Source: Lingula anatina (Eukaryota; Animalia; Brachiopoda). Taken from it: 64,000 nt of DNA. The stretch lies in NCBI GenBank assembly GCA_051362555.1, contig CM120642.1, forward strand, positions 16,430,001 through 16,494,000, given 5' to 3'. How positions within the stretch are numbered: the stretch's first letter is position 1; the number at the start of each line of letters is the position of its first letter. Shown here piece after piece: positions 1-14,600 of this stretch. The notes beneath the pieces were generated by a model. It did no database searches and was not told the origin of the DNA. It saw nothing but the letters and a program-made list of their open reading frames with translations. A program made the translations under genes and the position numbers.

Positions 1-2708
1 CTCTACCTGTCTCTATCTCTATCCCGATCTCTATCCCGGTCTCTATCCCTGTCCCTGTCTCTGTCCCGTCTATCACGTTCTTTCTTTTCCTTTGCTGAGG
101 TATAAGCTGGATTGTAATCACCAATGTCTCCATAGATACTGTAAAGGAGTAAAAGTATTTTGAAGATCTGAAGATTACAAATGTTATCTCCTAAATAATA
201 TGATATTATTGAAAACTTATAATTTATGTGCCTTATTTTCTTTTAACATTAGCATGCAATGGTTGAAAAGCAACATAAAAGACTCAAATCCTTTAAGCAT
301 ATTCAAAATAATGAATGGAATGAACATATCTATAAAAAGAAGGAAACTTAACTAAAGAATTCTTTTATTTTGTCAAAATATATTACTTTAATGATGCAAT
401 CATCTGAATAATATGCTTACTTATCATCAGCACCTTGCAGCTTCTCCTTTACCTTCTCCTCCTTAATTTTTCCTGCAAAAATATCAATGTGTGCATGTCA
501 ACCAATAATCACAAACAATAAGGATGTGGGATGACCTCCTCTCTCTCTCTGCATCATAAGAAATGGAACAATTGATACAGAAAATACCTAGTGCATTACG
601 ATCAAACAGATCTCCTTTATTATTAATTCAGTGATTGTCTTTGGTTTGTCAGTACATGGTTCTATAAGACATAACTAAGCTTCTTCATTAAATATTGCCT
701 TTACATCACTTTCACCTTTTTCTTTCAGTTTCTTTTTCTTGTCCCTCCTTCCTTGCCTCAAATAGGACAGAATCTGAGTTAGTTTGTTGATGACAATGTC
801 ATTGGTGGTCAGAGTAGTGGTGGACTGAAACATAATACAAAATGTCTCAAGGTTTATATAAGTAAAAAAAAAACAAACAAACTGAGATAACAGTTATGTT
901 TGGCTGAGGCGTGGGCATACATTGCCAAAGGAGGAAAGTATGTCACTGTGTCAGAAAATAATGAAGAGGTGGGGAGGGGGGGGGGGGATTTTTCATTGAA
1001 ATAGTCCATGCCTCCCAACCATGACCCTGGGGAGAGGAGGGGGGGGAGAGGTTAGTGGAAAGAAAACCATTTTTAAAATCCCTGCTGTCGAAGGATACCC
1101 TGTTACCTCTACATTGGGGCAGTCAGCTTTGCTCCTGATGAGGGTGGTGGGGATGTCTGTCTCTGCATACTCGTCCTCAACGTCTACAACATATGCCATA
1201 CGCTTGGGACCAAACAATTCATTCCTCTCTGGGGCTTTCTGCTTGAACAGGACTCGGAAAATATTTCTGGCTGAAAATATGAAAACATATCATAAGTGCA
1301 TAGTTTAATCTTTGAAGACTTTCAAGAAAATATCATACTGGGTTGGTAAAGAATATTTTAGTCCAGTTTAAGATCGGTGTTAAATATGTCTTACCTATTG
1401 GTGTCTTCAGCTCCACTTTTTCCTCTTCAGATGTCTCTTCCCTGTGAAAACATTAGAATAAATGGCGTTACACAAGGCATTCATGTGGACCTATCACCAA
1501 TATCTTCTTTATACTGAACAAGGAGAGTCTGAGTAACCTTGACTTCTTCCACAAATATAACTTCAGTTGGGGAACTAGACAGTGTTAATACATTACAATG
1601 CCAACAATACAATGCCAACAATATATACAATTTTCATGGGTAAAGTATTCCAACCCGAACCCATTCCAACCAGAATGCCAGTATTAATATCATTTTAAGA
1701 AGTTGCAACAATGAAACTAAACTCTAGTGCAATTTTATTTATTCCTTATTCTTCTCCACTGTCAACTAGGCAAGAAGACAGTCTATAGAACAAAGAACAA
1801 TCTGCCCTTACTTTGCCTGCACCAACATGTCGTCCAGCACTGCTTCATCTTCTTGTTCTTTGCTGGAAATCTCTGCTCGCACCTGTATTTATATACAAAC
1901 ATCTCATCATCATAGCACTCGGAATCATTGCCACCTGTTTACAACTTGTCTCAGGTTACAGATAATTGGAATGGTGTTTGAAATAACCACTGACCTACAA
2001 CACCAAAGCAAATTACAGTCCAGCCAATACAAAAATAGACCCAATGGGCTGAGGTCAGTGATTCTTTAGCCAGGTAACTGACCCACTGGACATAAAAATC
2101 CTTCTGAAGTCAAAGCCTTGAGAAAGGTTATAATTGTACCTGATGCACATTATCATCTGGTGGACTTGTTCTAGCAAAGTTGAGTTAACCCAAAAAGACA
2201 CGTATCAATATGTTAAGTACCTTGTCCAGAAGAGCATAATCTAGCCCTTTCACCAAATGTGTGTGTTCCATATCTCCTCCAAGGTATTTGGACTCCTGGA
2301 TGGCCTGCTTTCTTCTCTCTGCATAGCTTTCTCCTCTACAAGAACAAAAAGGTATTCACATAAAATATATTTCCATTTCTTTACCCCCCCCCCCCTTTTG
2401 GAAAAACAATGTGTATTACAGAAATTCAGGGCCCAGTTTTATAAAGGACGTTTAGCACTAACCAGTGTTTAACTCTAACCGGACCTAAATAGTCTGTTAG
2501 TAAAATGACCTTTAAATAATTATCTAATCCAGTTAAACACTGGCCAGTTAACTAATTGGCTGTTTTCCGTCAGAAGACTGTATATAAAACACAATTTAAC
2601 CATCTTTTAGTTAATGGGTGTTAGGGGAATTTATCCACTGGTTAGGCTTATCCATTGGTAAGTGCTAAACGTCCTTTATAAAACTGGGCCCTGAATGTTA
2701 AATAATTC

Positions 2709-2749
<41 letters not shown>

Positions 2750-4650
2750 CTGATTCTCTATGAAGTATTTGGACATTAAACTTACGCCTTAGCATCAGGT
2801 GCCACTGCCCTGTAGTCAGCGGTGGTGCTGATCATTTCTGGCTCCTGGTACTCTGATTTTCCGTCTCTTCTCTCAGCTGCCTGAAAACAGAGGTTCATCA
2901 ACTTATATGTACCTATGGATGTCAATTGACCGTGGCGATGCTTTAATCAGTTTTTTTTTGTGAAATATGAGTACTTTTTTCAAGAAGATATCATATAATG
3001 CACTACCACCCTCTGGAGCATCAAAAAGAGGCGTTCTGGCATATATTGCTCAGATAACAGTATAACTTCACTGGTGAATTTAGAATTTTTTAAGACAAAA
3101 AGCGGGACAGGAAGGATTTATAACTGATACACACAATGCCGTTGTGAACTTAAGTTTGGACCTCTTGTTATCCAAATTTTCATGGACAAAATCTGTTCAG
3201 TCTCTTCATACTTGATTACCAATCTCTGTCCAGAGTGTGGGCTTTTACCCAAAGTCCCCGAAGTCCAGTATTTTATCAAATATTTTAAAGTTCTGTAATA
3301 GTGGTATCTGTGGGAATAAAAATATTTACCCTGTCTCTGTACTTGCTGGCCAACTCTTTCTGTCTTTCTTCTTCCATCTTCTTTAGCTTGGCATAGTACC
3401 TGAGAATGACAGTTCAGAGATGTGAAGCAGGTTGCAAGGAATATAGCACCTTAATATGGTACTTCAGAGACATGACATGAGCAATATTACTTGTCAAGAT
3501 GATAATGATTACCTTCCAATCATATCATATCATAACCCATGAAACATCCAAATAACAAAGCAGTTATTTATTTCTCTCTTCTGCAAAATAATTTCTATCA
3601 TCCTGTAACCAGTTAACAAATATGCTACATATGATGAAACTAAAAAAAAATGTGAGTAAGATCAAAACAAGAAGGACGATTAGGGGATGTCAAAGTACGA
3701 TCAAAACGAGGAGGGCAATAAGGGGATATATCAAAGGGTGTTGAAAAAATCATAACTTACAGCTTTTTCTTCTTTCTCCTCACTGCGGGGTCACTTTCTT
3801 CTTCTATGCTTTTTGGGCTGAAATTTTGAAAAATAAATATAGTAAATACTTAAGTCAGATAACAGCAATATAACAACATTTGATGTTATCTTGGAAGACA
3901 GTAATGATGTTGTCTACAGTCATCTCAATCATAAGCTTTCACAGGGTGATTTTCATTATTTATTCATCACTTATTATCTTTTTGCCCAGCATGTATGTAT
4001 CCCTAGAATAAGTGTACATGATAGTCCTTATGGCAGAGCAACTTACCTCTCCCATGTTAGTAGTACTAAGAAGTGATTTTTTTTTAGAATGCACACAATT
4101 TTGATGCAATAACACTTAAGTCTGAGGTCTTTGTAGGTGGCCTATGTTCCCATATTAAGGGAAAATCAGTAAGTAAGAAATGAACACTGGAGTATGACCT
4201 ATGCCAAAATCTTCTTTGTTTTTACCCAACATCATTTTCAACATTACAAGCATGACATAACTTACAGTTTAGGCATCTTATCTGCCATAGCAGCCGAGGA
4301 CTGTGAGGAGGAAGAGGAGCCCATGCCTGGTACCCTGGGAGTCATCATCAGCTTACGAAAGTCTTCGTTGGTCAATGGATGACTGAAAGCATATACAATT
4401 ATAAGTACACTGCCACAGGAATTGTAATTTGACTCTCAGGGTGCATTAACATAATACTTCTTTGGTCATTAATTACTGAAAGCAATTATCAGCTCACTTA
4501 TTTTAACTATTAAAAATCAACAATGCATGGAAAAAAATAATAAAAGATGCCTCTAGTCTAGACTCTACTACCCCCACACACACACACACACCACCACAGA
4601 GTTAAACAATTTACTTACGCGTCTTCCTCCTCTTCCTGCAACTGCCCCAT
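1..4650 (-). CDS. IK: Protein Red / IK spliceosomal factor (5' part, about 12 exons; gene continues past the window start)
   Basis: Spliced minus-strand exons: 4619-4650 (MGQLQEEEEDA), ~4266-4382 (HPLTNEDFRKLMMTPR), ~3331-3399 (YYAKLKKMEEERQKELASKYRDR), ~2221-2336 (IQESKYLGGDMEHTHLVKGLDYALL), ~1106-1270 (ERNELFGPKRMAYVVDVEDEYAETDIPTTLIRSKADCP), ~716-824 (TTNDIVINKLTQILSYLRQG) and 1-139 (RD dipeptide repeat). These are recognisable RED-family motifs with GT/AG boundaries. Confidence 0.95.
2427..2693. mobile_element. MITE in an IK intron (PIF/Harbinger-like termini)
   Basis: Terminal inverted repeats cagggcccagttttataaaggacgtttagcact / agtgctaaacgtcctttataaaactgggccctg; no coding capacity. Confidence 0.75.
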
Positions 4651-4804
4651 GTTAGGTGGAGGCAGCGGATTTGAAAATATCTCCGTATCTCCTTAAAGGG
4701 AACGAAAAATTGATTAGGTGATACGAAGTAAATGCTAACAAAATACATGTATTTTCCACTTCTTAACTTTAGTTGCACTAGTATAGTGGGGTATAGTGGC
4801 CTTA

Positions 4805-4881
<77 letters not shown>

Positions 4882-5157
4882 AATGTACTCACTTTCTGGC
4901 ATCTTTACAAAGACTTCCTTTGCAAAATTAAGAAATCAAAAGAAGTATTTAAGTCTTAATTCTGACTTCTGATAGAACCACTCTTTCGGCTGATGTGCCT
5001 GCTGCAGTTGCTCACGTGTATTCTCGTTTCTTGCGAGATGTGATGCCGATTTCTGATTGGACATTCTCTACAAAAGGTGGCAGTGCTTTAAAACATTGGC
5101 GGTTGTTTAGGAATATTTCTCTGCTGCTCGATATTTTTGGAATACAGCTGAAAGAGA
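4651..5157. promoter_or_regulatory. Bidirectional promoter region shared by IK and HMMR
   Basis: The start codons diverge about 510 bp apart. The interval contains ATTGG (CCAAT) at 5056 and 5095, E2F-like TTGGCGG at 5096, CHR-like TTTGAA at 4670 and TTTAAA at 5088, CACGTG at 5013, and TCTTGCGAGA at 5029 (one mismatch from TCTCGCGAGA). Confidence 0.65.
4808..4878. repeat. (AG)n microsatellite
   Basis: Direct read of the sequence. Confidence 0.95.
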
Positions 5158-8100
5158 ATGTCATTTCCTAAGGCAAAAACAAAGCGTTTCAATGATGTTA
5201 ACAGTAAGTGTGCATTGCTTTGTAAAACACAAACATTCTGTCCAAAAAGTGATTTACTGCCCTTCAAACTGTTCCACATAATTTCAAGCCGCTTTGCGCG
5301 GTGTAAAATTATCTTATGGCCCAAACTGGCCAAAGCAGAAACAGTGGCCAGTAACTAAAAAAATAATAATAAAATAACAAACATTTGCTAGCCCGGTGTG
5401 GGTCCAGTGTTTATGTCTTAGACTGCATAAATAAGAATGAAGTTGTTTGTTTTTTTTTTAATTAGCCATTTTAATATTTTTAATTGATTTGTTGAATCTA
5501 CATACAATTTCTCTTTCAGACAATTGTATCTACAGACTGTTGTTTAAAGGTTGTAATCATGTCAAAAGAATGAAACTTTAAAATGTCAAAATTGAAGCCT
5601 GGTTATATGTAGGGAACCCATGATTGCCAATTGCTGCTGGAGAAGAAAATGTTTAAATAATGTGATTTTTTTTAAGCGAGTAATTCTGCTATATTTTAAA
5701 TCTCTTCCAGATGCTGCCCCAGGTCCTGGTGCATATGATCCCAATTTGCATGAAAAAGTAAAAGGTTGTGCACCTATTCATGATGGCAGATTTAAAACCC
5801 CCAAAGGTATAAGTTTGTATTCTACTGTAAATATATCTATACATGATGTACTGAAACCCATGTAAGTTTTAGGTTTGTCACAATATAGTGAAAATTAAAA
5901 TAAAAATTGAATATCTAATCTTTAATTTTAAGCTATATAATATAAACTGTATGCTTAATCATTGGTTTCCATAAAAGATTTTATGTACTAGTAGATTTTC
6001 ATAACTACATCATTTTACATTTTATATTTCTTTTATTCTCTATATATCAGATGTGATTCCTGGACCTGGAGCCTTTGATAGCAGCACCTGCAGCATAGGG
6101 ACGCCAGCCAAGAAACTCTTTGGTGGACTTGGCAGTGTAAGATTAGCAGACTATATGACACAGGATTGGGTGGGATACAAAGCAATATAATCACTTCGAC
6201 AAATTCCCCTTCAGTGTATTACCAAATGGTCACCTACTGCTTTATCTTTCATACCACTTCTCTTTGCCTTATCATTAAGATTGTTCATGGTTCAGATGAA
6301 TTGTATTTACTGTCCTTTTAGTGATAGTAACCACTTTGGGTAAGTTTCACACTTGTCACAAGAGCATCATCATGTTAAATGCTCCCAGGTTGTTGGGTAT
6401 TATCCTGGCTTGTCTTGGAACAGCTGTATGTTTTCTTGGCAGATTTATTTTAGTAACAAATACTTCAATATCCGGGTTAGGAAAGTAATTATTCCTGTCC
6501 AGTAAAAAAAAAGTTGTAACATATCTGTGTAACTGTTAAATCCTGACAACTGTCACTTCAGTCATGTTTATTGTCTACTTGCTTTGAAAGGCATACTCAG
6601 AATACTAGCCCATGAATAGTGAATGCTTACATTTTTATGATGTTAAGAAAAAGATGTTAGTTCTTTAATTATTGTGGTTCTTGTAATGGCTATGACTATG
6701 CAAATTTATTTAATTTTCAACTTTCTGATTTGACATATGAACTTAACATGAATGAGTAACATTTTTACTGTGCTTTTCATTTCAGAGCAAGAAAAGTTTT
6801 TCTGTACAAGATCTTTCTAAACAAAGAGACCTGGAGAGAGAGGTGAGTATTGGGTTTCTTGTCCTTATAAAACAACCCAAACATGCTGTTTCGTATTGCA
6901 ATATTTATTTTCAGTATTGCATCATCATATCTGTCGGTTTGTCTCTTAAAGAATGATACATGCTTATGAGTACATATGAAATGAAATTCTACTATATTCT
7001 CACTGATAAGGAATTTAATAACGGATCAGATATTAAGTGCTTTAATAACCCAATGAGGTTTTTTGCAGTTTGTTAATTTATTAATAATTTATATATTTAT
7101 CAAAATCTTTTATTCTCCTCAGTGTCTAATAGTAGACTAGACTTTTGTTATACTAGTCCAGGACTGAAGGCAAAGAAAGCAGTGAGCTTTGAATCTAAAT
7201 TTGTCCAGGGTCTAAAGCTGTAATTCTCTCAGTGGGGTCAACTAAAGGGCTGTAAAGGTCCACTTCAGAAATGTGACCCCTTAAGACCTGGCATCCCTAT
7301 TATTTTACCTAGTCGCAAGTATTTGCAAATTTCAAATCCATAAGGCTTACAACTATATTCTCAGTACTATGTTTTCTTAATATAATTGACATAAAATGGT
7401 TGTTATTGGAAATTTCAGATTAAAAAACTTCTCAAGGAGAGGGCGACACAAGACAAGACGCTGGCAAATAAGGAGGAGGAGATAACTCGTCTGGACGGGA
7501 AACTTCAGGCAGCGTATAAAGACAAGAGTGGGTTGCAAGCTCAGGTGGCAGTGTTAGAAAAGGAGCTGAAGGAAGTAAACAAGGGAAATGAGATTCTTAA
7601 AGCTAAGGTTAGTTAGGAGTTATGTTAATGTTCCATTCAGTCGTGATATTAAATAGATGTTGAATTGCACAGTCAAACAGGAGAGTATGCACACACATTG
7701 GGTGTTTAATGCTTTTTGAAATTTGTAAGCAAAATACTTGATAATGTTGTGAAAAAATCTCATGCACTTGGGTGTACACAGATACATGCACACCATTTTG
7801 ATAACTGTATTTGAGTAAGACTGATAATGCAATTTATCACTTGGCTATTCTTTTACTATGCTGCCTTTTCCAGGTTAATGCAAGTGACAGTTCCAACAAG
7901 CGCCAGCACACTTTGAAGGATGAGCTGACCAGTCTGCATGTCCAGTTGTCCAAGAAGGACCAAGAGGTCGCTGACCTGCAGAATGACCTCGATGTGATGA
8001 CCAAAACAATGCAGGCAGATCTTGAGGCTTCTCGGGCAAATGTGGCTGCCTTAGAAGAAAGGAATAGGGCATTAGGTCAGTAGCACTTATGTTTCATTTA

Positions 8101-8563
8101 TTCATTTATTTATTTTTTTTTTTATTTTTGACTTCTATCACAGATTCACTTTTCATTGGCAAATGAAGCGGCATGAATCATTTTTCATGTGGCAGTGTCT
8201 TGAAAAACTAATATTCAGTGAAGAGATCGAGAAAACTTATTTATTTAAGGAACCGTAATAATTGTTTCAAATGAAAATTTTGGTTGTTGCAAAAAATCGT
8301 CATTACAGTGAATTCAGAGAATATCTTTATTAACAGATATTGTTATTATTATTTATTGATTTGTTATTCATATTATTATTATTTCTTTTTACTTAAGAAT
8401 TAGAGACATTTTTGATAGCACTGTATCTTTTGAATAAAATTACTATCTATCCTGAGAAAAAAATTAACCCAAATAAATGCCTGCCTTTTTAGAGCAGTCC
8501 AATGAAGAAATTATGGCACACTCTGTAGAGATAGAGGAACAAGTAACTCAGCTACACAGTAAG

Positions 8564-8656
<93 letters not shown>

Positions 8657-11600
8657 TTTATTTTTTGTGCACACCACTTGCTTTGCTTCACATCTGCATC
8701 TTCTCTTTGTGCTGAGGATAAAATGTATCTCATCCTGTGTTTCAGTTGTCTCAGACAAACTCCGGGCAGAAAACCTCAGTCTTCAGCAGCAGTTGGCCCA
8801 AGCCTGCCTTGGCATTCAGGTAAAGCTGGGTTGGAAGGTGGAGAATACCACATTGACACTTCAAGTTTATTCACAAAGTTCTTCAGTGATAGTGAATTAA
8901 GACAATGAAAATTATAGCACTAAATTATAGCTGTGCTTAATGAGTTTGTAAACTCTTAACCTAGCAAGTCATAGCAGGAATTTTCTGTCTGTCTTTACCA
9001 GTTAAGATTTATAGGCTAAAAAAAAAAAAACCTTTGTTTCATAGGAACTCCAAAGGGAAGTAGAGACAGTTGTGGCAGACTCGAAGAGAAAGATCCAAGA
9101 TCTCAGCCTGCAGTTGGAGAGGGAGAGGGCACTGGCACATCGCCTTACCCTCACACAAGAGAATCTCAACAGTAAAGAACAATGTAACGAGAAGCTGCAG
9201 GAATATAGGTACGTAGGTGTGCATGCTTCACTACAGGTGAGGTCCTATGAAGTGCCAGATTTGACAACTGGATATAATTTTATGTCCTTAAAATACATAT
9301 TACTCCATTTAAAAGGCATTTTGCACTAAGCAACAGTCACTAAAGAACCTGATTGCCAGGTTGCTAAAATGTGCAGGATTTTATTTCTGCCATATTTGTG
9401 ACAGCTTGTCAAATATATGACTTTGTATTCACTTTGATGAAGCCCCAAATTTATTTATTTTATTTTATTAAGGATTGGTCTGTTTTTCAACAGGGATTCC
9501 TTGCTGGACAAAATAGAGTACCTGGAGTCCAAGACACATCAACTCCAAATGCAGAAGATGGAGGATGAAGAGATTATAAGGTGAGCTCGGTGGACTGATC
9601 TTGAAGTTCTTGTGAATAATTGATTGTTTGCTTTTAAATGTAACCCTTGTAAACTCTCAACCAGCCTGATCCTCATCTACTTAAAATAAGAAATCGTATC
9701 ATGGTTTGAAAATGACCTGTTTTTAGAATAATATGATGTTGCAAATATATATTTGATATTTACTAGATGATTTGGCAAATAATAAGTCTCTTCTTTTATT
9801 GTGATTTTTGTTTATTTTTAAGTTTAAATTTTGTTGTTTTTCCCCCCATTTAGATCTCTGAAGGGAGAGGTCTTTGTTAATGAAGATTATCTAAAACAAG
9901 AAGAGGAATCTCTGAATGATGCTGCTGCTGAATTGAAGAGTTTGAGGAAGGAAGTTGCAGACTTAAAGGCGTAAGTATGCCCTGTTAATCCAAGTCTGCA
10001 ATTACCACTGAACTTCAACCTTTGTTTGGAGAAAGACCAGCCCTTACATTCTCAGGACTTTGCAGGAGCAACTGTTTTAAGATGTAAGTGAATATAACAG
10101 AGCCTCACCATCAATTAGTTGTCAGACAAGAACTGTGGTACAAAATGCCTTTGAAGTTAACTAGTACCAGGCACACACATGGCTGAAGTCCCAGACATTA
10201 TCATTGATTATCTATTTTTGACTTCATAGTTCAGTATCATGATTGAAATATTGTCATAATTTTCTATCTGTGTACCTTGGAGAAACTGAAGATGATGGTC
10301 AAGTAAGTGAAGTAAGAGTATTCACTGATTTTCTATTTAGTTGTTTGTATTGTGTAATACATTTCAGGTCAGAGGCATTGCTGAACCACAATATCAGAGC
10401 CATCACTGACAAATATCAGCTACTAGAGAAAGACTTAGGTGAGGTTGCTCAGACTTCTGAATAACAATAGCTTATTTCAAAAAAGCTCAATCAGAAAGTT
10501 GAATGTTTTATATTTATACTGTAAAAACAGTTTAATATTGAAATGTGCAAGAATTATACCATTCAAATGGTTAAATATAATTAAATTATATGCATAAATA
10601 AAGTACTTGACATAAAAGCATAAATTTATAATGCAATATGGAATTAATGAGGCCTTAAAAATTCAATTTTCAACTAGGGCATTATTTTGTTATCACTAAT
10701 ATTCCTAAAACGACCTCTCTCTTCCCCCCCCCCCCCCCCCCCCTCTCCCTCGGGGTTATAAGTGGGGTATCTCTTACAGTAGTTGATACTCTCTTCTCAT
10801 TCTGTTTTCTGTTGCCTACAGAGACCGTGGACAAGGAGTCTGCCAGGACAGAGTCCACTCTTAGGGCAGAGCTGGCCACCACAAAGGCACACCTTGAACA
10901 TGTGAAGGAGGAGAGAGAGACCTACAAAAAGAACAATATGGATGCTCTGAGGCAGTTCCATCATGAACAGGTTAGAAATAAGAGACTGGTTTGGGTTGGA
11001 TTTCATTTCATTTAATTTTATTTATTTTTTTATTATAACCAAGATCTATTTCTGCACTGTGAACTTTTTTGCACTTTGTCATTTCTTGTAACACCTGCTA
11101 TAGCATAATTGGAATCACAACTGTAATAGGTACTTGCTCAGTAGCAAGGAGGAAGCAAAAAGTCCAGAGACTTCACAAAATGATATTTTTGAACTTTCAG
11201 TATTGCAAAAACTTCATTAGTGGCTTAAATACAATAGTGCTTGTTTGTATTTATAATTATGTTGTAAATTTTCCTAAAACATTTGATATGGTTGCACATT
11301 TTAAGATTGTTGATGGATCAAAACCTAAAACTGAAGCTAGTACAGAAGCTTTTTGCTATATAAAGGCCTGATGATCATTGTGTGACATTTGCAGGAAGAG
11401 AAAGAGCAATCACAGCAAGAGCTTCAATCACTGGAGAAAAAGCATGAAGCTTTACAAAAAGAAATGGAAGAACTTCAAGCCATGCACTGTAACCTAGAGT
11501 CCACAATGAAGAGTCAGGCAGTAGCTTTAGAGTCTTTGACCCAAGAGAAAATGAAGCTGGAAGATGCAGTGGTTTCTATGAAAAAGGAGCTGACAAGTGC

Positions 11601-14600
11601 TATTGAGGAGCACAATGCAGAGAGCAGACAGCTTCAGGAGAACCTGACGGAAAAATACCTCAGCATAGCTCAGCTGGAAGAAGACTTGCAGAAACTTAAG
11701 ACGCATGCCAGTGAGCTGGAATTGGTCAAGGTGGAACTGGAAGCAAAACTGGTCGAAGCCTATGGAGAGCTGGAGACCATTATTGACCAGAATGAATCTG
11801 AGGAACATGATCTGCAGGAAGAGGTGATGGCAGCAACATGTGTTAATAATAATAATCATAGTCTCAGTATCTGTTTATATTATATCAGTATGGAAGTTAG
11901 TTTTCAGTAGTTGCTTTACATATGAAAATGATCAAAAGCCTCACTTATTCTAATATATTAATAATTTTCAGAACTTTTAAATCGACACATTTAATAGGCA
12001 TTACCAACAAAATATTCTGTAGAAGTTAAAGAACTCATTTTGTTGACATGAAGCACACAATATCTGCATTCCATTTAATGTCTTGTTATGTGTGTGCCAC
12101 AGATCACCAGGTGCAAGAGCAGGATACAACACCTTGAGTTGGATCACACCTCCAGGGCAGCGGAGGCCAGTGACCTCAAGGGCAAGTGCGCTGACCTGGC
12201 CGACCTTGTGGACAGTCTGAAGACTGGCAATAGGACCCTGAAGGACACGTGTGCAGGACTAGAGGAGGAACTTGTGCAGTCGAAAGCCCTGGTTGCTGAA
12301 ATGGAAGGAAAAGTGAGACAGTGCGAGGAGGAGATTGTGTCGGCGAGAAAGGAGGTGCAGGATAAGACAACAGAGGAGAAGCAGCTTGAGGAGAAGATTC
12401 AGGAGAAGGAAGGCCTGGTGGAAAGGTTGAAGACTGATGTGAAGAGGTCAGTTCTTTGGATGGGATTTTTTAATTTCAAAATTTAAGCATTAAACTGATA
12501 TTCTACATACTTAAATGAGTTAGTGTGCATTTTATATGAGGTTTCTGACATTTTTTTAAAAATTTGGCATGCCAATCTGTTTCTAGAAAACAAGAGAAGA
12601 TTGACAGCCTTTTGGAGATGAATGAAAAGATGGCCAACAAGTTGGGAGAACAGAGCAAAGCTGCAGCACAGAGAAGTAAACTACAGGAAGAACTAGAAAG
12701 GTAGATTTAGTTAAGAAACTGAAAACCTTTATAACAACACATATGACAATAATGTATAATTTAATTGTGAAATTGACTGGATTTTTGGCACTTTTGAGGG
12801 ATCTTTCTCTGTTGCTTTTCTGTTGATTTAATCGTTTTTTTTTTTTTTTGTTTTTTTTTTATTTAGTTTACACCACGTTGACAAATTAATGCATTTGTAA
12901 TATTTTTGGAGTTGATTTCTTTGCTAAAAAAAAGGAAATATCATGCCAGAGACATAAGGTAAACATTGTCTTCTGGTTAATTTTGAATAATGTTATGCTG
13001 AACTGTTGCCAGGTGATCTCTTTCTGTGAACCTGTCATTATTTTTTCATATTAAATGGTCTGATTTTTAAATTTGAAGTCTTCAAACATGCTTATTTTGT
13101 TTATATGCTTGTTTAATTTTTTTACACAGTGTAAAATCCCAATATGAAGGAAAGGTAGCCAGTTTGCAGTCAGAGTTGGAGCAGTCACGTGCCGAGTGTG
13201 AAGCGGCCAACGTACGGTGCGATGAGGTTGCGGAGGAGCTGAAGACGCAGTATTCTTCGCTGGAGGAGAGGAGCAGCAAGACACAGGAGGAGTACAGCAG
13301 GAGGCTGGTGGAGACACAGAAAAGACTCTCCATGATGCACACAGAGTTTTGCAAGTAGGTGTTGATGAATATGTGTGTTTGTTTTGGCTTGTGGATGTGT
13401 ATGTGTTGCATATGTAATGTGGGTGTATATGTGACTGCATATCTGTGCGAGAGTGTACGTATGTAGGTGTTTTGTATGTATTTGTTTGTGTATGTATTTG
13501 GGTTGTCTCTTCCTGTGTATCTGCTTATAATGCTCATTTGTCAGTGCGGGGGTTAAGCATGTTTACCTACTGTTATGTGCTGGGGGGGGGTGAATGCATG
13601 TGTGTGTATGTGCTTGACATTTGTGTGTGTGAGAGAGAGAGAGAGAGTGCATTTTTATAAATGTTCATGTCCTGTATGTTGTATCTGCATGTGGGGTTGA
13701 ACATATGTTGTGTGTGTGTGGGTACATGATATTATAAGATCATATAATATGGTCAGCTTGTTCTGAATTTTTATCAGCGTCTTTTGTCTGCTTCTTTTGT
13801 TAGGTTCAAGGCAGATAGAGAGGAAAAAATCAGCAAGCTTGAAGAAACAATTCTTAATCAGAGAACAGAATTCAGTGCCCAGATGGAAGAATTGAGGTCT
13901 GAGATGCAGAATGACCAACAGAGTGACCACACAGAGGAGCTGACCTACTGGACAGAGGAGGCTCACAGGTAGGGAATGAACTGGACTTTTCTTCTACTTG
14001 TGATTTGTGTTTAAGCCAAACAGAGAGTCCAACTTTGTTAGCCTGTTTTGAATTTGTTAAACGCATGATTAAATGTTGAATTCAATTTGGCAAAAGTGGT
14101 AATAAGTGCATTCTTTGTAGCTAGATTCAGGTAATCTTGAGCTTTAATTAAAAAAATGTCATCCCAGGCTAAGGTAAATTTGAAGGAATATATGTATTTG
14201 CCTAAATTGCAGGGATTTACTGCATTTTTACTTGATATAAAATGTAATGTAAAAGATGAAACATTTGAACAGGTCAAATAATAAAGAGAGAGAGGTGGAA
14301 GATTTTGCAGTACAGATTATGTTTTCACCCCTGTTTGTCTGTTTGTTTGTCCGTCTGTCATCAACATAACTCAAAAAGTTTTGGACCGATTTTGATGAAA
14401 CTTTCAGGAACTGTCAGAAGTGGGCCAAGAAAGAGATTATTAGTTTTTGGTGGTGATCCGGATCAGTAATCAATCAATAATCAATAGTCAAAAAACTAAG
14501 TTATGGACCGATTTTGATGAAACTTTCAGGAACTGTCAGAAGTGGGCTAAGGAACAGATGATTAGTTTTTGGTGGTGATCCGGATCAGTAATCAATCAAG

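Noticed and set aside
4611-4959. ORFs with SLSLSL/RERERE runs (also 8548-8758, 45058-45249, 51157-51552, 63262-63507)
   Set aside because: They are translations of microsatellites.
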